Shown: piece after piece, positions 25,318 through 40,000 of the stretch
Layout: the number at the start of each line of letters is the position of its first letter
How positions within the stretch are numbered: the first letter of the stretch is position 1
Origin: Eledone cirrhosa
Taxonomy: Eukaryota
NCBI GenBank assembly: GCA_964016885.1
Contig: OZ024741.1
Coordinates: 415,462,001 to 415,526,000, forward strand
Direction of reading: 5' to 3'
Length of the DNA stretch: 64,000 nt
Translations under genes and position numbers: made by a program
The notes under the pieces: generated by a model
What the model was told of the DNA's origin: nothing
The model's database searches: none
Seen by the model: the letters and a program-made list of their open reading frames with translations, nothing else

Positions 25318-28300
25318 CAACCTGGTCAACACGGACCAGGACTATTATGTACAGTTGTCGTAACCCTTTAGTTACCAACCCAGTCAACACTAACCAGGAC
25401 TATTACCTACAGTTGTGTTAACCCTTTAGTTACCAACCTAGTCAACACTAACCAGGACAATTAACTACAGTTGTCTTAACCCTTTAGTTACCAACCTGGT
25501 CAACATTGACCAGGACTATTACCTACAGTTGTCTTAACCCTTTAGTTACCAACCCAGTCAACACTAACCAGGATGATTAAATACAGTTCTCTTAACCCTT
25601 TAGTTACCAACCTGGTCAACACTGACCAGCACTATTATCTACAGTTGTCTTAAGCCTTTAGTTAACTGTCTGGTCAACACTGACCAGCACTATTATCTAC
25701 AGTTGTCTTAACCCTTTAGTTACCAGTCTAGTCAACACTGACCAGCACTATTATCTACAGTTGTAACACTTTAGTTACCAACCTGGTCAACACTTACCAG
25801 GACTATTACCTAGAGTTGTCTTAACCCTTTAGTTACCAACCTGGTCAACACTAACCTGGACTATTACCTACAGTTGTGTTAACCCTTTAGTTACCAACCT
25901 GGTCAACACTAACCAGGACTATTACCTACAGTTGTCTTAACACTTTAGTTACCAACCTGGTCAACACTAACCAGGACTATTACCTACAGTTGTCTTAACC
26001 CTTTAGTTACCAACCTGGTCAACACTTACCAGGACTATAACCTATAGTTCTCTTAACCCTTTAGTTACCAGTCTGGTCAACACTGACCAGCACTATTATC
26101 TACAGTTGTCTTAACCCTTTGGTTACCAACCTGGTCAACACTGACCAGCACTATTATCTACAGTTGTCGTAACCCTTTAGTTACCAACCTGGTCAACACT
26201 GACCAGGACTATTACCTACAGTTGTCCTAACCCTTTAGTTACAAACCTGGTCAACACTGACCAGGACTATTACCTAAAGTTGTCTTAACCCTTTAGTTAC
26301 CAGTCTGGTCAACCCTGACCAGCACTATTATCTACAGTTGTCTTAACCCTTTAGTTACCAGTCTGGTCAACACTAACCAGGACTATTACCTACAGTTGTC
26401 TTAACCCTTTAGTTACCAACCTGGTCAAAACTAACCAGGACTATTATGTACAGTTGTGTTAACCCTTTAGTTACCAATCTGGTCAACACTAACCAGGACT
26501 ATTACCTACAGTTGTCTTAAATTTTAGTTTCCAACCTGGTCAACACTAACCAGGACTATTACCTACAGTTTTCTTAACCCTTTAGTTACCAACCTGGTCA
26601 ACACTGACCAGGACTATTACCTACAGTTGTCCTAACCCTTTAGTTACAAACCTGGTCAACACTGACCAGGACTATTAACTACAGTTGTCTTAACCCTTTA
26701 GTTACCAGCCCAGTCAACACTAACCAGGACTATTACCTACAGTTGTCTTAACCCTTTAGTTACCAGTCTGGTCAACCCTGACCAGCACTATTATCTACAG
26801 TTGTCTTAACCCTTTAGTTACCAGTCTGGTCAACACTGACCAGCACTATTATCTACAGTTGTCTTGACCCTTTAGTTACCAGTCTGGTCAACACTGACCA
26901 GGACTATTACCTACAGTTGTCGTAACACTTTAGTTATCAACCTAGTCAACACTAACCAGGACTATTATCTACAGTTGTAACACTTTAGTTACCAACCTGG
27001 TCAACACTTACCAGGACTATTACCTACAGTTGTCTTAACACTTTAGTTACCAGCCTGGTCAACACTTACCAGGACTATTACCTACAGTTGTCTTAACCCT
27101 TTAGTTACCAACCTAGTCAACACTAACCAGGACTATTAACTACAGTTTTCTTAACCCTTTAGTTACCAACCTGGTCAACACTGACCAGCACTATTATCTA
27201 CAGTTGTCGTAACCCTTTAGTTACCAACCTGGTCAACACTGACCAGGACTATTACCTACAGTTGTCTTAACCGTTTAGTTACCAATCTGGTCAACACTAA
27301 CCAGGACTATTACCTACAGTTGTCTTAACCCTTTAGTTACCAACCTGGTCAACACTGACCAGGAATATTACCTGCAGTTGTCTTAACCCTTTAGTTACCA
27401 ACCTGGTCAACACTGACCAGCACTATTATCTACAGTTGTCTTAAGCCTTTAGTTAACAGTCTGGTCAACACTGACCAGCACTATTATCTACAGTTGTCTT
27501 AACACTTTAGTTACCAACCTGGTCAACACTTACCAGGACTATTACCTACAGTTGTCTTAACCCTTTAGTTACCAACCTGGTCAACAATAACCAGGACTAT
27601 TACCTACAGTTGTCTTAACCCTTTAGTTACCAACCTAGTCAACACTGACCAGGACTATTACCTACAGTTGTCTTAACCCTTTAGTTACTAACCTGGTCAA
27701 CACTGACCAGGACTATTACCTACAGTTGTCTTAACCCTTTAGTTACCAGTCTGGTCAACACTAACCAGGACTATTACCTACAGTTGTCTTAACCCTTTAG
27801 TTACCAGTCTGGTCAACACTAACCAGGACTATTACCTACAGTTGTCTTAACACTTTAGTTACCAACCTGGTCAACACTAACCAGGACTATTACCTACAGT
27901 TGTCTTAACCCTTTAGTTACCAACCTGGTCAACACTTACCAGGACTATTACCTACAGTTCTCTTAACCCTTTAGTTACCAGTCTGGTCAACACTGACCAG
28001 CACTATTATCTACAGTTGTCTTAACCCTTTGGTTACCAACCTGGTCAACACTGGCCAGCACTATTATCTACAGTTGTCGTAACCCTTTAGTTACCAACCT
28101 GGTCAACACTGACCAGGACTATTACCTACAGTTGTCTTAACCCTTTAGTTACCAACCTGGTCAACACTGACCAGAACTATTACCTACAGTTGTCTTAACC
28201 CTTTAGTTACCAACCTGGTCAACACTAACCAGGACTATTACCTACAGTTGTCTTAACCCTTTAGTTACCAATCTGGTCAACACTAACCAGGACTATTACC

Positions 28301-30269
28301 TACAGTTGTCTTAACCCTTTAGTTACCAACCTGGTCAAAACTAACCAGGACTATTACCTACAGTTGTCTTAACCCTTTAGTTACCAACCTGGTTAACACT
28401 GACCAGGACTATTACCTACAGTTGTCCTAACCCTTTAGTTACAAACCTGGTCAACACTGACCAGGACTATTACCTAAAGTTGTCTTAACCCTTTAGTTAC
28501 CAGTCTGGTCAACCCTGACCAGCACTATTATCTACAGTTGTCTTAACCCTTTAGTTACCAGTCTGGTCAACACTGACCAGCACTATTATCTACAGTTGTC
28601 TTGACCCTTTAGTTACCAGTCTGGTCAACACTGACCAGGACTATTACCTACAGTTGTCGTAACACTTTAGTTATCAACCTAGTCAACACTAACCAGGACT
28701 ATTATCTACAGTTGTCTTAACCCTTTAGTTACCAACCTGGTCAACACTTACCAGGACTATTACCTACAGTTGTCTTAACCCTTTAGTTACCAACCTGGTC
28801 AACACTGACCAGGACTATTACCGACAGTTGTCTTAACCCTTTAGTTACCAACCCAGTCAACACTGACCAGGAGTATTACCTACAGTTGTCTTAACGCTTT
28901 AGTTATCAACCTGGTCAACACTGACCAGAACAATTACCTACAGTTGTCTTAACCCTTTAGTTACCAACCTGGTCAACACTAACCAGGGCTATTACCTACA
29001 TTTTTCTTAACCGTTCAGTTACCAACCTGGTCAACACTGACCAGGACTATTACCTACAGTTGTCTTAACCCTTTAGTTACCAACCTGGTCAACACTGACC
29101 AGGAATATTACCTGCAGTTGTCTTAACCCTTTAGTTACCAACCTGGTCAACACTGACCAGGACTATTGCCTAAAGTTGTCTTAACCCTTTAGTTACCAGT
29201 CTGGTCAACCCTGACCAGCACTATTATCTACAGTTGTCTTAACCCTTTAGTAACCAGTCTGGTCAACACTGACCAGCACTATTATCTACAGTTGTCTTGA
29301 CCCTTTAGTTACCAGTCTGGTCAACACTGACCAGGACTATTACCTACAGTTGTCGTAACACTTTAGTTATCAACCTAGTCAACACTAACCAGGACTATTA
29401 TCTACAGTTGTCGTAACACTTTAGTTACCAACCTGGTCAACACTTACCAGGACTATTACCTACAGTTGTCTTAACACTTTAGTTACCAACCTGGTCAACA
29501 CTGACCAGGAATATTACCTGCAGTTGTCTTAACCCTTTAGTTACCAACCTGGTCAACACTGACCAGGACTATTGCCTAAAGTTGTCTTAACCCTTTAGTT
29601 AAGTTACCAACCTGGTCAATACTGACCAGAACTATTACCTACAGTTGTCTTAACACTTTAGTTACCAACCTGGTCAACACTGACCAGGACTATTACCTAC
29701 AGTTGTCTTGACTCTTTAGTTTCCAACCTGGTCAACACTGACCAGGACTATTACCTACAGTTGTCTTAACCCTTTAGTTACCAGTCTGGTCAACCCTGAC
29801 CACCACTATTATCTACAGTTGTCTTAACCCTTTAGTTACCAGTCTGGTCAACACCGACCAGCACTATTATCTACAGTTGTCTTGACCCTTTAGTTACCAG
29901 TCTGGTCAACACTGACCAGGACTATTACCTACAGTTGTCGTAACACTTTAGTTATCAACCTAGTCAAAACTAACCAGGACTATTATCTACAGTTGTCGTA
30001 ACACTTTAGTTAACAACCTGGTCAACACTTACCAGGACTATTACCTACAGTTGTCTTAACACTTTAGTTACTGACCTGGTCAACACTAACCAGGAATATT
30101 ATCTACAGTTGTGTTAACCCTTTAGTTACCAACCTGGTCAACACTAACCAGGACTATTACCTACAGTTGTCTTAAACCTTTAGTTTCCAACCTGGTCAAC
30201 ACAGACCAGGACTATTACCTACAGTTGTCTTAACCCTTTAGTTACCAACCCAGTCAACACTAACCAGGA

Positions 30270-31350
30270 CGATTACCTACAGTTCTCTTAACCCTTTAGT
30301 TACCAACCTGGTCAACACTGACCAGCACTATTATCTACAGTTGTCTTAAGCCTTTAGTTAACAGTCTGGTCAACACTGACCAGCACTATTATCTACAGTT
30401 GTCTTAACCCTTTAGTTACCAGTCTAGTCAACACTGACCAGCACTATTATCTACATTTGTAGTAACACTTTAGTTACCAACCTGGTCAACACTTACCAGG
30501 ACTATTACCTACAGTTGTCTTAACCCTTTAGTTACCAACCTGGTCAACACTTACCACGACTATTACCTAGAGTTGTCTTAACCCTTTAGTTACCAACCTG
30601 GTCAACACTAACCAGGACTATTACCTACAGTTGTCTTAACCCTTTAGTTACCAACCTAGTCAACACTGACCAGGACTATTACCTACAGTTATCTTAACCC
30701 TTTAGTTACTAACCTGGTCAACACTGACCAGGACTATTACCTACAGTTGTCTTAACCCTTTAGTTACTAACCTGGTCAACACTGACCAGCACTATTATCT
30801 ACAGTTGTCGTAACCCTTTAGTTACCAACCTGGTCAACACTGACCAGGACGATTACCTACAGTTCTCTTAACCCTTTAGTTACCAACCTGGTCAACACTG
30901 ACCAGCACTATTATCTACAGTTGTCTTAAGCCTTTAGTTAACAGTCTGGTCAACACTGACCAGCACTATTATCTACAGTTGTCTTAACCCTTTAGTTACC
31001 AGTCTAGTCAACACTGACCAGCACTATTATCTACATTTGTAGTAACACTTTAGTTACCAACCTGGTCAACACTTACCAGGACTATTACTTACAGTTGTCT
31101 TAACCCTTTAGTTACCAACCTGGTCAACACTTACCACGACTATTACCTAGAGTTGTCTTAACCCTTTAGTTACCAACCTGGTCAACACTAACCAGGACTA
31201 TTACCTACAGTTGTCTTAACCCTTTAGTTACCAACCTAGTCAACACTAACCAGGACTATTACCTACAGTTGTCTTAACCCTTTAGTTACTAACCTGGTCA
31301 ACACTGACCAGGACTATTACCTACAGTTGTCTTAACCCTTTAGTTACCAA
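30270..31350. repeat. Local tandem duplication of ~10 monomers (580 bp)
   Basis: CTACATTTGTAGTAAC at 30451/31031 with the same flanking variant order. Confidence 0.8.
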
Positions 31351-34059
31351 CCTGGTCAACACTAACCAGCACTATTATCTACAGTTGTCTTAACCCTTTG
31401 GTTACCAACCTAGTCAACACTGACCAGCACTATTATCTACAGTTGTCGTAACCCTTTAGTTACCAACCTGGTCAACACTGACCAGGACTATTACCTACAG
31501 TTGTCTTAACCCTTTAGTTACCAACCTGGTCAACACTGACCAGAACTATTACCTACAGTTGTCTTAACCCTTTAGTTACCAACCTGGTCAACACTAACCA
31601 GGACTATTACCTACAGTTGTCTTAACCGTTTAGTTACCAATCTGGTCAACACTAACCAGGACTATTACCTACAGTTGTCTTAACCCTTTAGTTACCAACC
31701 TGGTCAAAACTAACCAGGACTATTATCTACAGTTGTGTTAACCCTTTAGTTACCAATCTGGTCAACACTAACCAGGACTATTACCTACAGTTGTCTTAAA
31801 TTTTAGTTTCCAACCTGGTCAACACTAACCAGGACTATTACCTACAGTTGTCTTAACCCTTTAGTTACCAACCTGGTCAACACTGACCAGGACTATTACC
31901 TACAGTTGTCCTAACCCTTTAGTTACAAACCTGGTCAACACTGACCAGGACTATTACCGACAGTTGTCTTAACCCTTTAGTTACCAACCCAGTCAACACT
32001 AACCAGGACTATTACCTACAGTTGTCTTAACGCTTTACTCATCAACCTGGTCAACACTGACCAGAACAATTACCTACAGTTGTCTTAACCCTTTAGTTAC
32101 CAACCTGGTCAACACTAACCAGGACTATTACCTACAGTTGTCTTAACCCTTTAGTTACCAACCTGGTCAACACTAACCAAGGCTATTACCTACATTTTTC
32201 TTAAGCGTTTAGTTACCAACCTGGTCAACACTGACCAGGACTATTACCTACAGTTGTCTTAACCCTTTAGTTACCAACCTGGTCAACACTGACCAGGAAT
32301 ATTACCTGCAGTTGTCTTAACCCTTTAGTTACCAACCTGGTCAACACTGACCAGGACTATTGCCTAAAGTTGTCTTAACCCTTTAGTTACCAGTCTGGTC
32401 AACCCTGACCAGCACTATTATCTACAGTTGTCTTAACCCTTTAGTTACCAGTCTGGTCAACACTGACCAGCACTATTATCTACAGTTGTCTTGACCCTTT
32501 AGTTACCAGTCTGGTCAACACTGACCAGGACTATTACCTACAGTTGTCGTAACACTTTAGTTATCAACCTAGTCAACACTAACCAGGACTATTATCTACA
32601 GTTGTCGTAACACTTTAGTTAACAACCTGGTCAACACTTACCAGGACTATTACCTACAGTTGTCTTAACACTTTAGTTACTGACCTGGTCAACACTTACC
32701 AGGACTATTACCTACAGTTGTCTTAACCCTTTAGTTACCAACCTGGTCAACACGGACCAGGACTATTACCTACAGTTGTGTTAACCCTTTAGTTACCAAC
32801 CTAGTCAACACTAACCAGGACTATTACCTACAGTTGTGTTAACCCTTTAGTTACCAACCTGGTCAACACTAACCAGGACTATTACCTACAGTTGTCTTAA
32901 CACTTTAGTTATCAACCTGGTCAACACTAACCAGGACTATTACCTACAGTTGTCTTAACCCTTTAGTTACCAACCTGGTCAACACTTACCAGGACTATAA
33001 CCTACAGTTCTCTTAACCCTTTAGTTACCAGTCTGGTCAACACTGACCAGCACTATTATCTACAGTTGTCTTAACCCTTTGGTTACCAACCTGGTCAACA
33101 CTGACCAGCACTATTATCTACAGTTGTCATAACCCTTTAGTTACCAACCTGGTCAACACTGACCAGGACTATTACCTACAGTTGTCTTAACCCTTTAGTT
33201 ACCAACCTGGTCAACACTGACCAGAACTATTACCTACAGTTGTCTTAACCCTTTAGTTACCAACCTGGTCAACACTAACCAGGACTATTACCTACAGTTG
33301 TCTTAACCCTTTAGTTACCAATCTGGTCAACACTAACCAGGACTATTACCTACAGTTGTCTTAACCCTTTAGTTACCAACCTGGTCAAAACTAACCAGGA
33401 CTATTATGTACAGTTGTGTTAACCCTTTAGTTACCAATCTGGTCAACACTAACCAGGACTATTACCTACAGTTGTCTTAAATTTTAGTTTCCAACCTGGT
33501 CAACACTAACCAGGACTATTACCTACAGTTGTCTTAACCCTTTAGTTACCAACCTGGTCAACACTGACCAGGACTATTACCTACAGTTGTCCTAACCCTT
33601 TAGTTACAAACCTGGTCAACACTGACCAGGACTATTACCTACAGTTGTCTTAACCCTTTTGTTACCAACCCAGTCAACACTAACCAGGACTATTACCTAC
33701 AGTTGTCTTAACCCTTTAGTTACCAACCTGGTCAACACTGACCAGGACTATTACCGACAGTTGTCTTAACCCTTTAGTTACCAACCCAGTCAACACTAAC
33801 CAGGACTATTACCTACAGTTGTCTTAACGCTTTAGTTATCAACCTGGTCAACACTGACCAGAACAATTACCTACAGTTGTCTTAACCCTTTAGTTATCAA
33901 CCTGGTCAACACTAACCAGGACTATTACCTACAGTTGTCTTAACCCTTTAGTGACCAACCTGGTCAACACTAACCAGGGCTATTACCTACATTTTTCTTA
34001 ACCGTTTAGTTACCAACCTGGTCAACACTGACCAGGACTATTACCTACAGTTGTCTTAA

Positions 34060-37000
34060 CCCTTTAGTTACCAACCTGGTCAACACTGACCAGGAATATT
34101 ACCTGCAGTTGTCTTAACCCTTTAGTTACCAACCTGGTCAACAGTGACCAGGACTATTGCCTAAAGTTGTCTTAACCCTTTAGTTACCAGTCTGGTCAAC
34201 CCTGACCAGCACTATTATCTACAGTTGTCTTAACCCTTTAGTAACCAGTCTGGTCAACACTGACCAGCACTATTATCTACAGTTGTCTTGACCCTTTAGT
34301 TACCAGTCTGGTCAACACTGACCAGGACTATTACCTACAGTTGTCGTAACACTTTAGTTATCAACCTAGTCAACACTAACCAGGACTATTATCTACAGTT
34401 GTCGTAACACTTTAGTTACCAACCTGGTCAACACTTACCTGGACTATTACATACAGTTGTCTTAACACTTTAGTTACCAACCTGGTCAAAACTGACCAGG
34501 AATATTACCTGCAGTTGTCTTAACCCTTTAGTTACCAACCTGGTCAACACTGACCAGGACTATTGCCTAAAGTTGTCTTAACCCTTTAGTTAAGTTACCA
34601 ACCTGGTCAATACTGACCAGAACTATTACCTACAGTTGTCTTAACCCTTTAGTTACCAACCTGGTCAACACTGACCAGGACTATTACCTACAGTTGTCTT
34701 GACTCTTTAGTTTCCAACCTGGTCAACACTGACCAGGACTATTACCTACAGTTGTCTTAACCCTTTAGTTACCAGTCTGGTCAACCCTGACCACCACTAT
34801 TATCTACAGTTGTCTTAACCCTTTAGTTACCAGTCTGGTCAACACTGACCAGCACTATTATCTACAGTTGTCTTCACCCTTTAGTTACCAGTCTGGTCAA
34901 CACTGACCAGCACTATTACCTACAGTTGTCGTAACACTAGTTATCAACCTAGTCAACACTAACCAGGACTATTATCTACAGTTGTCGTAACACTTTAGTT
35001 AACAACCTGGTCAACACTTACCAGGATTATTACCTACAGTTGTCTTAACACTTTAGTTACTGACCTGGTCAACACTTACCAGGACTATTACCTACAGTTG
35101 TCTTAACCCTTTAGTTACCAACCTGGTCAACACGGACCAGGACTATTACCTACAGTTGTGTTAACCCTTTAGTTACCAACCTAGTCAACACTAACCAGGA
35201 CTATTAACTACAGTTGTTTTAACCCTTTAGTTACCAACCTGGTCAACACTGACCAGGACTATTACCTACAGTTGTGTTAACCCTTTAGTTACCAACCTGG
35301 TCAACACTAACCAGGAATATTATCTACAGTTGTGTTAACCCTTTAGTTACCAACCTGGTCAACACTAACCAGGACTATTACCTACAGTTGTCTTAAACCT
35401 TTAGTTTCCAACCTGGTCAACACAGACCAGGACTATTACCTACAGTTGTCTTAACCCTTTAGTTACCAACCCAGTCAACACTAACCAGAACGATTACCTA
35501 CAGTTCTCTTAACCCTTTAGTTACCAACCTGGTCAACACTGACCAGGACTATTACCTACAGTTGTCTTAACCCTTTAGTTACCAACCTGGTCAACACGGA
35601 CCAGGACTATTACCTACAGTTGTGTTAACCCTTTAGTTACCAACCTAGTCAACACTAACCAGGACTATTAACTACAGTTGTTTTAACCCTTTAGTTACCA
35701 ACCTGGTCAACACTGACCAGGACTATTACCTACAGTTGTCTTAACCCTTTAGTTACCAACCTGGTCAACACTAACCAGGAATATTATCTACAGTTGTGTT
35801 AACCCTTTAGTTACCAACCTGGTCAACACTAACCAGGACTATTACCTACAGTTGTCTTAAACCTTTAGTTTCCAACCTGGTCAACACAGACCAGGACTAT
35901 TACCTACAGTTGTCTTAACCCTTTAGTTACCAACCCAGTCAACACTAACCAGGACGATTACCTACAGTTCTCTTAACCCTTTAGTTACCAACCTGGTCAA
36001 CACTGACCAGCACTATTATCTACAGTTGTCTTAAGCCTTTAGTTAACAGTCTGGTCAACACTGACCAGCACTATTATCTACAGTTGTCTTAACCCTTTAG
36101 TTACCAGTCTAGTCAACACTGACCAGCACTATTATCTACATTTGTAGTAACACTTTAGTTACCAACCTGGTCAACACTTACCAGGACTATTACTTACAGT
36201 TGTCTTAACCCTTTAGTTACCAACCTGGTCAACACTTACCACGACTATTACCTAGAGTTGTCTTAACCCTTTAGTTACCAACCTGGTCAACACTAACCAG
36301 GACTATTACCTACAGTTGTCTTAACCCTTTAGTTACCAAACTAGTCAACACTGACCAGGACTATTACCTAGAGTTGTCTTAACCCTTTAGTTACCAACCT
36401 GGTCAACACTAACCAGGACTATTACCTACAGTTGTCTTAACCCTTTAGTTACCAACCTGGTCAAAACTAACCAGGACTATTATGTACAGTTGTGTTAACC
36501 CTTTAGTTACCAATCTGGTCAACACTAACCAGGACTATTACCTACAGTTGTCTTAAATTTTAGTTTCCAACCTGGTCAACACTAACCAGGACTATTACCT
36601 ACAGTTGTCTTAACCCTTTAGTTACCAACCTGGTCAACACTGACCAGGACTATTACCTACAGTTGTCCTAACCCTTTAGTTACAAACCTGGTCAACACTG
36701 ACCAGGACTATTACCTACAGTTGTCTTAACCCTTTTGTTACCAACCCAGTCAACACTAACCAGGACTATTACCTACAGTTGTCTTAACCCTTTAGTTACC
36801 AACCTGGTCAAAACTAACCAGGACTATTATGTACAGTTGTGTTAACCCTTTAGTTACCAATCTGGTCAACACTAACCAGGACTATTACCTACAGTTGTCT
36901 TAAATTTTAGTTTCCAACCTGGTCAACACTAACCAGGACTATTACCTACAGTTGTCTTAACCCTTTAGTTACCAACCTGGTCAACACTGACCAGGACTAT

Positions 37001-40000
37001 TACCTACAGTTGTCCTAACCCTTTAGTTACAAACCTGGTCAACACTGACCAGGACTATTACCTACAGTTGTCTTAACCCTTTTGTTACCAACCCAGTCAA
37101 CACTAACCAGGACTATTACCTACAGTTGTCTTAACCCTTTAGTTACCAACCTGGTCAACACTGACCAGGACTATTACCGACAGTTGTCTTAACCCTTTAG
37201 TTACCAACCCAGTCAACACTAACCAGGACTATTACCTACAGTTGTCTTAACGCTTTAGTTATCAACCTGGTCAACACTGACCAGAACAATTACCTACAGT
37301 TGTCTTAACCCTTTAGTTATCAACCTGGTCAACACTAACCAGGACTATTACCTACAGTTGTCTTAACCCTTTAGTGACCAACCTGGTCAACACTAACCAG
37401 GGCTATTACCTACATTTTTCTTAACCGTTTAGTTACCAACCTGGTCAACACTGACCAGGACTATTACCTACAGTTGTCTTAACCCTTTAGTTACCAACCT
37501 GGTCAACACTGACCAGGAATATTACCTGCAGTTGTCTTAACCCTTTAGTTACCAACCTGGTCAACACTGACCAGGACTATTGCCTAAAGTTGTCTTAACC
37601 CTTTAGTTACCAGTCTGGTCAACCCTGACCAGCACTATTATCTACAGTTGTCTTAACCCTTTAGTAACCAGTCTGGTCAACACTGACCAGCACTATTATC
37701 TACAGTTGTCTTGACCCTTTAGTTACCAGTCTGGTCAACACTGACCAGGACTATTACCTACAGTTGTCGTAACACTTTAGTTATCAACCTAGTCAACACT
37801 AACCAGGACTATTATCTACAGTTGTCGTAAAACTTTAGTTACCAACCTGGTCAACACTTACCTGGACTATTACATACAGTTGTCTTAACACTTTAGTTAC
37901 CAACCTGGTCAAAACTGACCAGGAATATTACCTGCAGTTGTCTTAACCCTTTAGTTACCAACCTGGTCAACACTGACCAGGACTATTGCCTAAAGTTGTC
38001 TTAACCCTTTAGTTAAGTTACCAACCTGGTCAATACTGACCAGAACTATTACCTACAGTTGTCTTAACCCTTTAGTTACCAACCTGGTCAACACTGACCA
38101 GGACTATTACCTACAGTTGTCTTGACTCTTTAGTTTCCAACCTGGTCAACACTGACCAGGACTATTACCTACAGTTGTCTTAACCCTTTAGTTACCAGTC
38201 TGGTCAACCCTGACCACCACTATTATCTACAGTTGTCTTAACCCTTTAGTTACCAGTCTGGTCAACACTGACCAGCACTATTATCTACAGTTGTCTTCAC
38301 CCTTTAGTTACCAGTCTGGTCAACACTGACCAGGACTATTACCTATAGTTGTCGTAACACTTTAGTTATCAACCTAGTCAACACTAACCAGGACTATTAT
38401 CTACAGTTGTCGTAACACTTTAGTTAACAACCTGGTCAACACTTACCAGGATTATTACCTACAGTTGTCTTAACACTTTAGTTACTGACCTGGTCAACAC
38501 TTACCAGGACTATTACCTACAGTTGTCTTAACCCTTTAGTTACCAACCTGGTCAACACGGACCAGGACTATTACCTACAGTTGTGTTAACCCTTTAGTTA
38601 CCAACCTAGTCAACACTAACCAGGACTATTAACTACAGTTGTTTTAACCCTTTAGTTACCAACCTGGTCAACACTGACCAGGACTATTACCTACAGTTGT
38701 CTTAACCCTTTAGTTACCAACCTGGTCAACACTAACCAGGAATATTATCTACAGTTGTGTTAACCCTTTAGTTACCAACCTGGTCAACACTAACCAGGAC
38801 TATTACCTACAGTTGTCTTAAACCTTTAGTTTCCAACCTGGTCAACACAGACCAGGACTATTACCTACAGTTGTCTTAACCCTTTAGTTACCAACCCAGT
38901 CAACACTAACCAGAACGATTACCTACAGTTCTCTTAACCCTTTAGTTACCAACCTGGTCAACACTGACCAGCACTATTATCTACAGTTGTCTTAAGCCTT
39001 TAGTTAACAGTCTGGTCAACACTGACCAGCACTATTATCTACAGTTGTCTTAACCCTTTAGTTACCAGTCTAGTCAACACTGACCAGCACTATTATCTAC
39101 ATTTGTAGTAACACTTTAGTTACCAACCTGGTCAACACTTACCAGGACTATTACTTACAGTTGTCTTAACCCTTTAGTTACCAACCTGGTCAACACTTAC
39201 CACGACTATTACCTAGAGTTGTCTTAACCCTTTAGTTACCAACCTGGTCAACACTAACCAGGACTATTACCTACAGTTGTCTTAACCCTTTAGTTACCAA
39301 CCTAGTCAACACTGACCAGGACTATTACCTACAGTTGTCTTAACCCTTTAGTTACTAACCTGGTCAACACTGACCAGGACTATTACCTACAGTTGTCTTA
39401 ACCGTTTAGTTACCAACCTGGTCAACACTGACCAGGACTATTACCTACAGTTGTCTTAACCCTTTAGTTACCAACCTGGTCAACACTGACCAGGAATATT
39501 ACCTGCAGTTGTCTTAACCCTTTAGTTACCAGTCTGGTCAACCCTGACCAGCACTATTATCTACAGTTGTCTTAACCCTTTAGTAACCAGTCTGGTCAAC
39601 ACTGACCAGCACTATTATCTACAGTTGTCTTGACCCTTTAGTTACCAGTCTGGTCAACACTGACCAGGACTATTACCTACAGTTGTCGTAACACTTTAGT
39701 TATCAACCTAGTCAACACTAACCAGGACTATTATCTACAGTTGTCGTAACACTTTAGTTACCAACCTGGTCAACACTAACCAGGACTATTATCTACAGTT
39801 GTCTTAACACTTTAGTTACCAACCTGGTCAACACTGACCAGGAATATTACCTGCAGTTGTCTTAACCCTTTAGTTACCAACCTGGTCAACACTGACCAGG
39901 AATATTACCTGCAGTTGTCTTAACCCTTTAGTTACCAACCTGGTCAACAGTGACCAGGACTATTGCCTAAAGTTGTCTTAACCCTTTAGTTACCAGTCTG

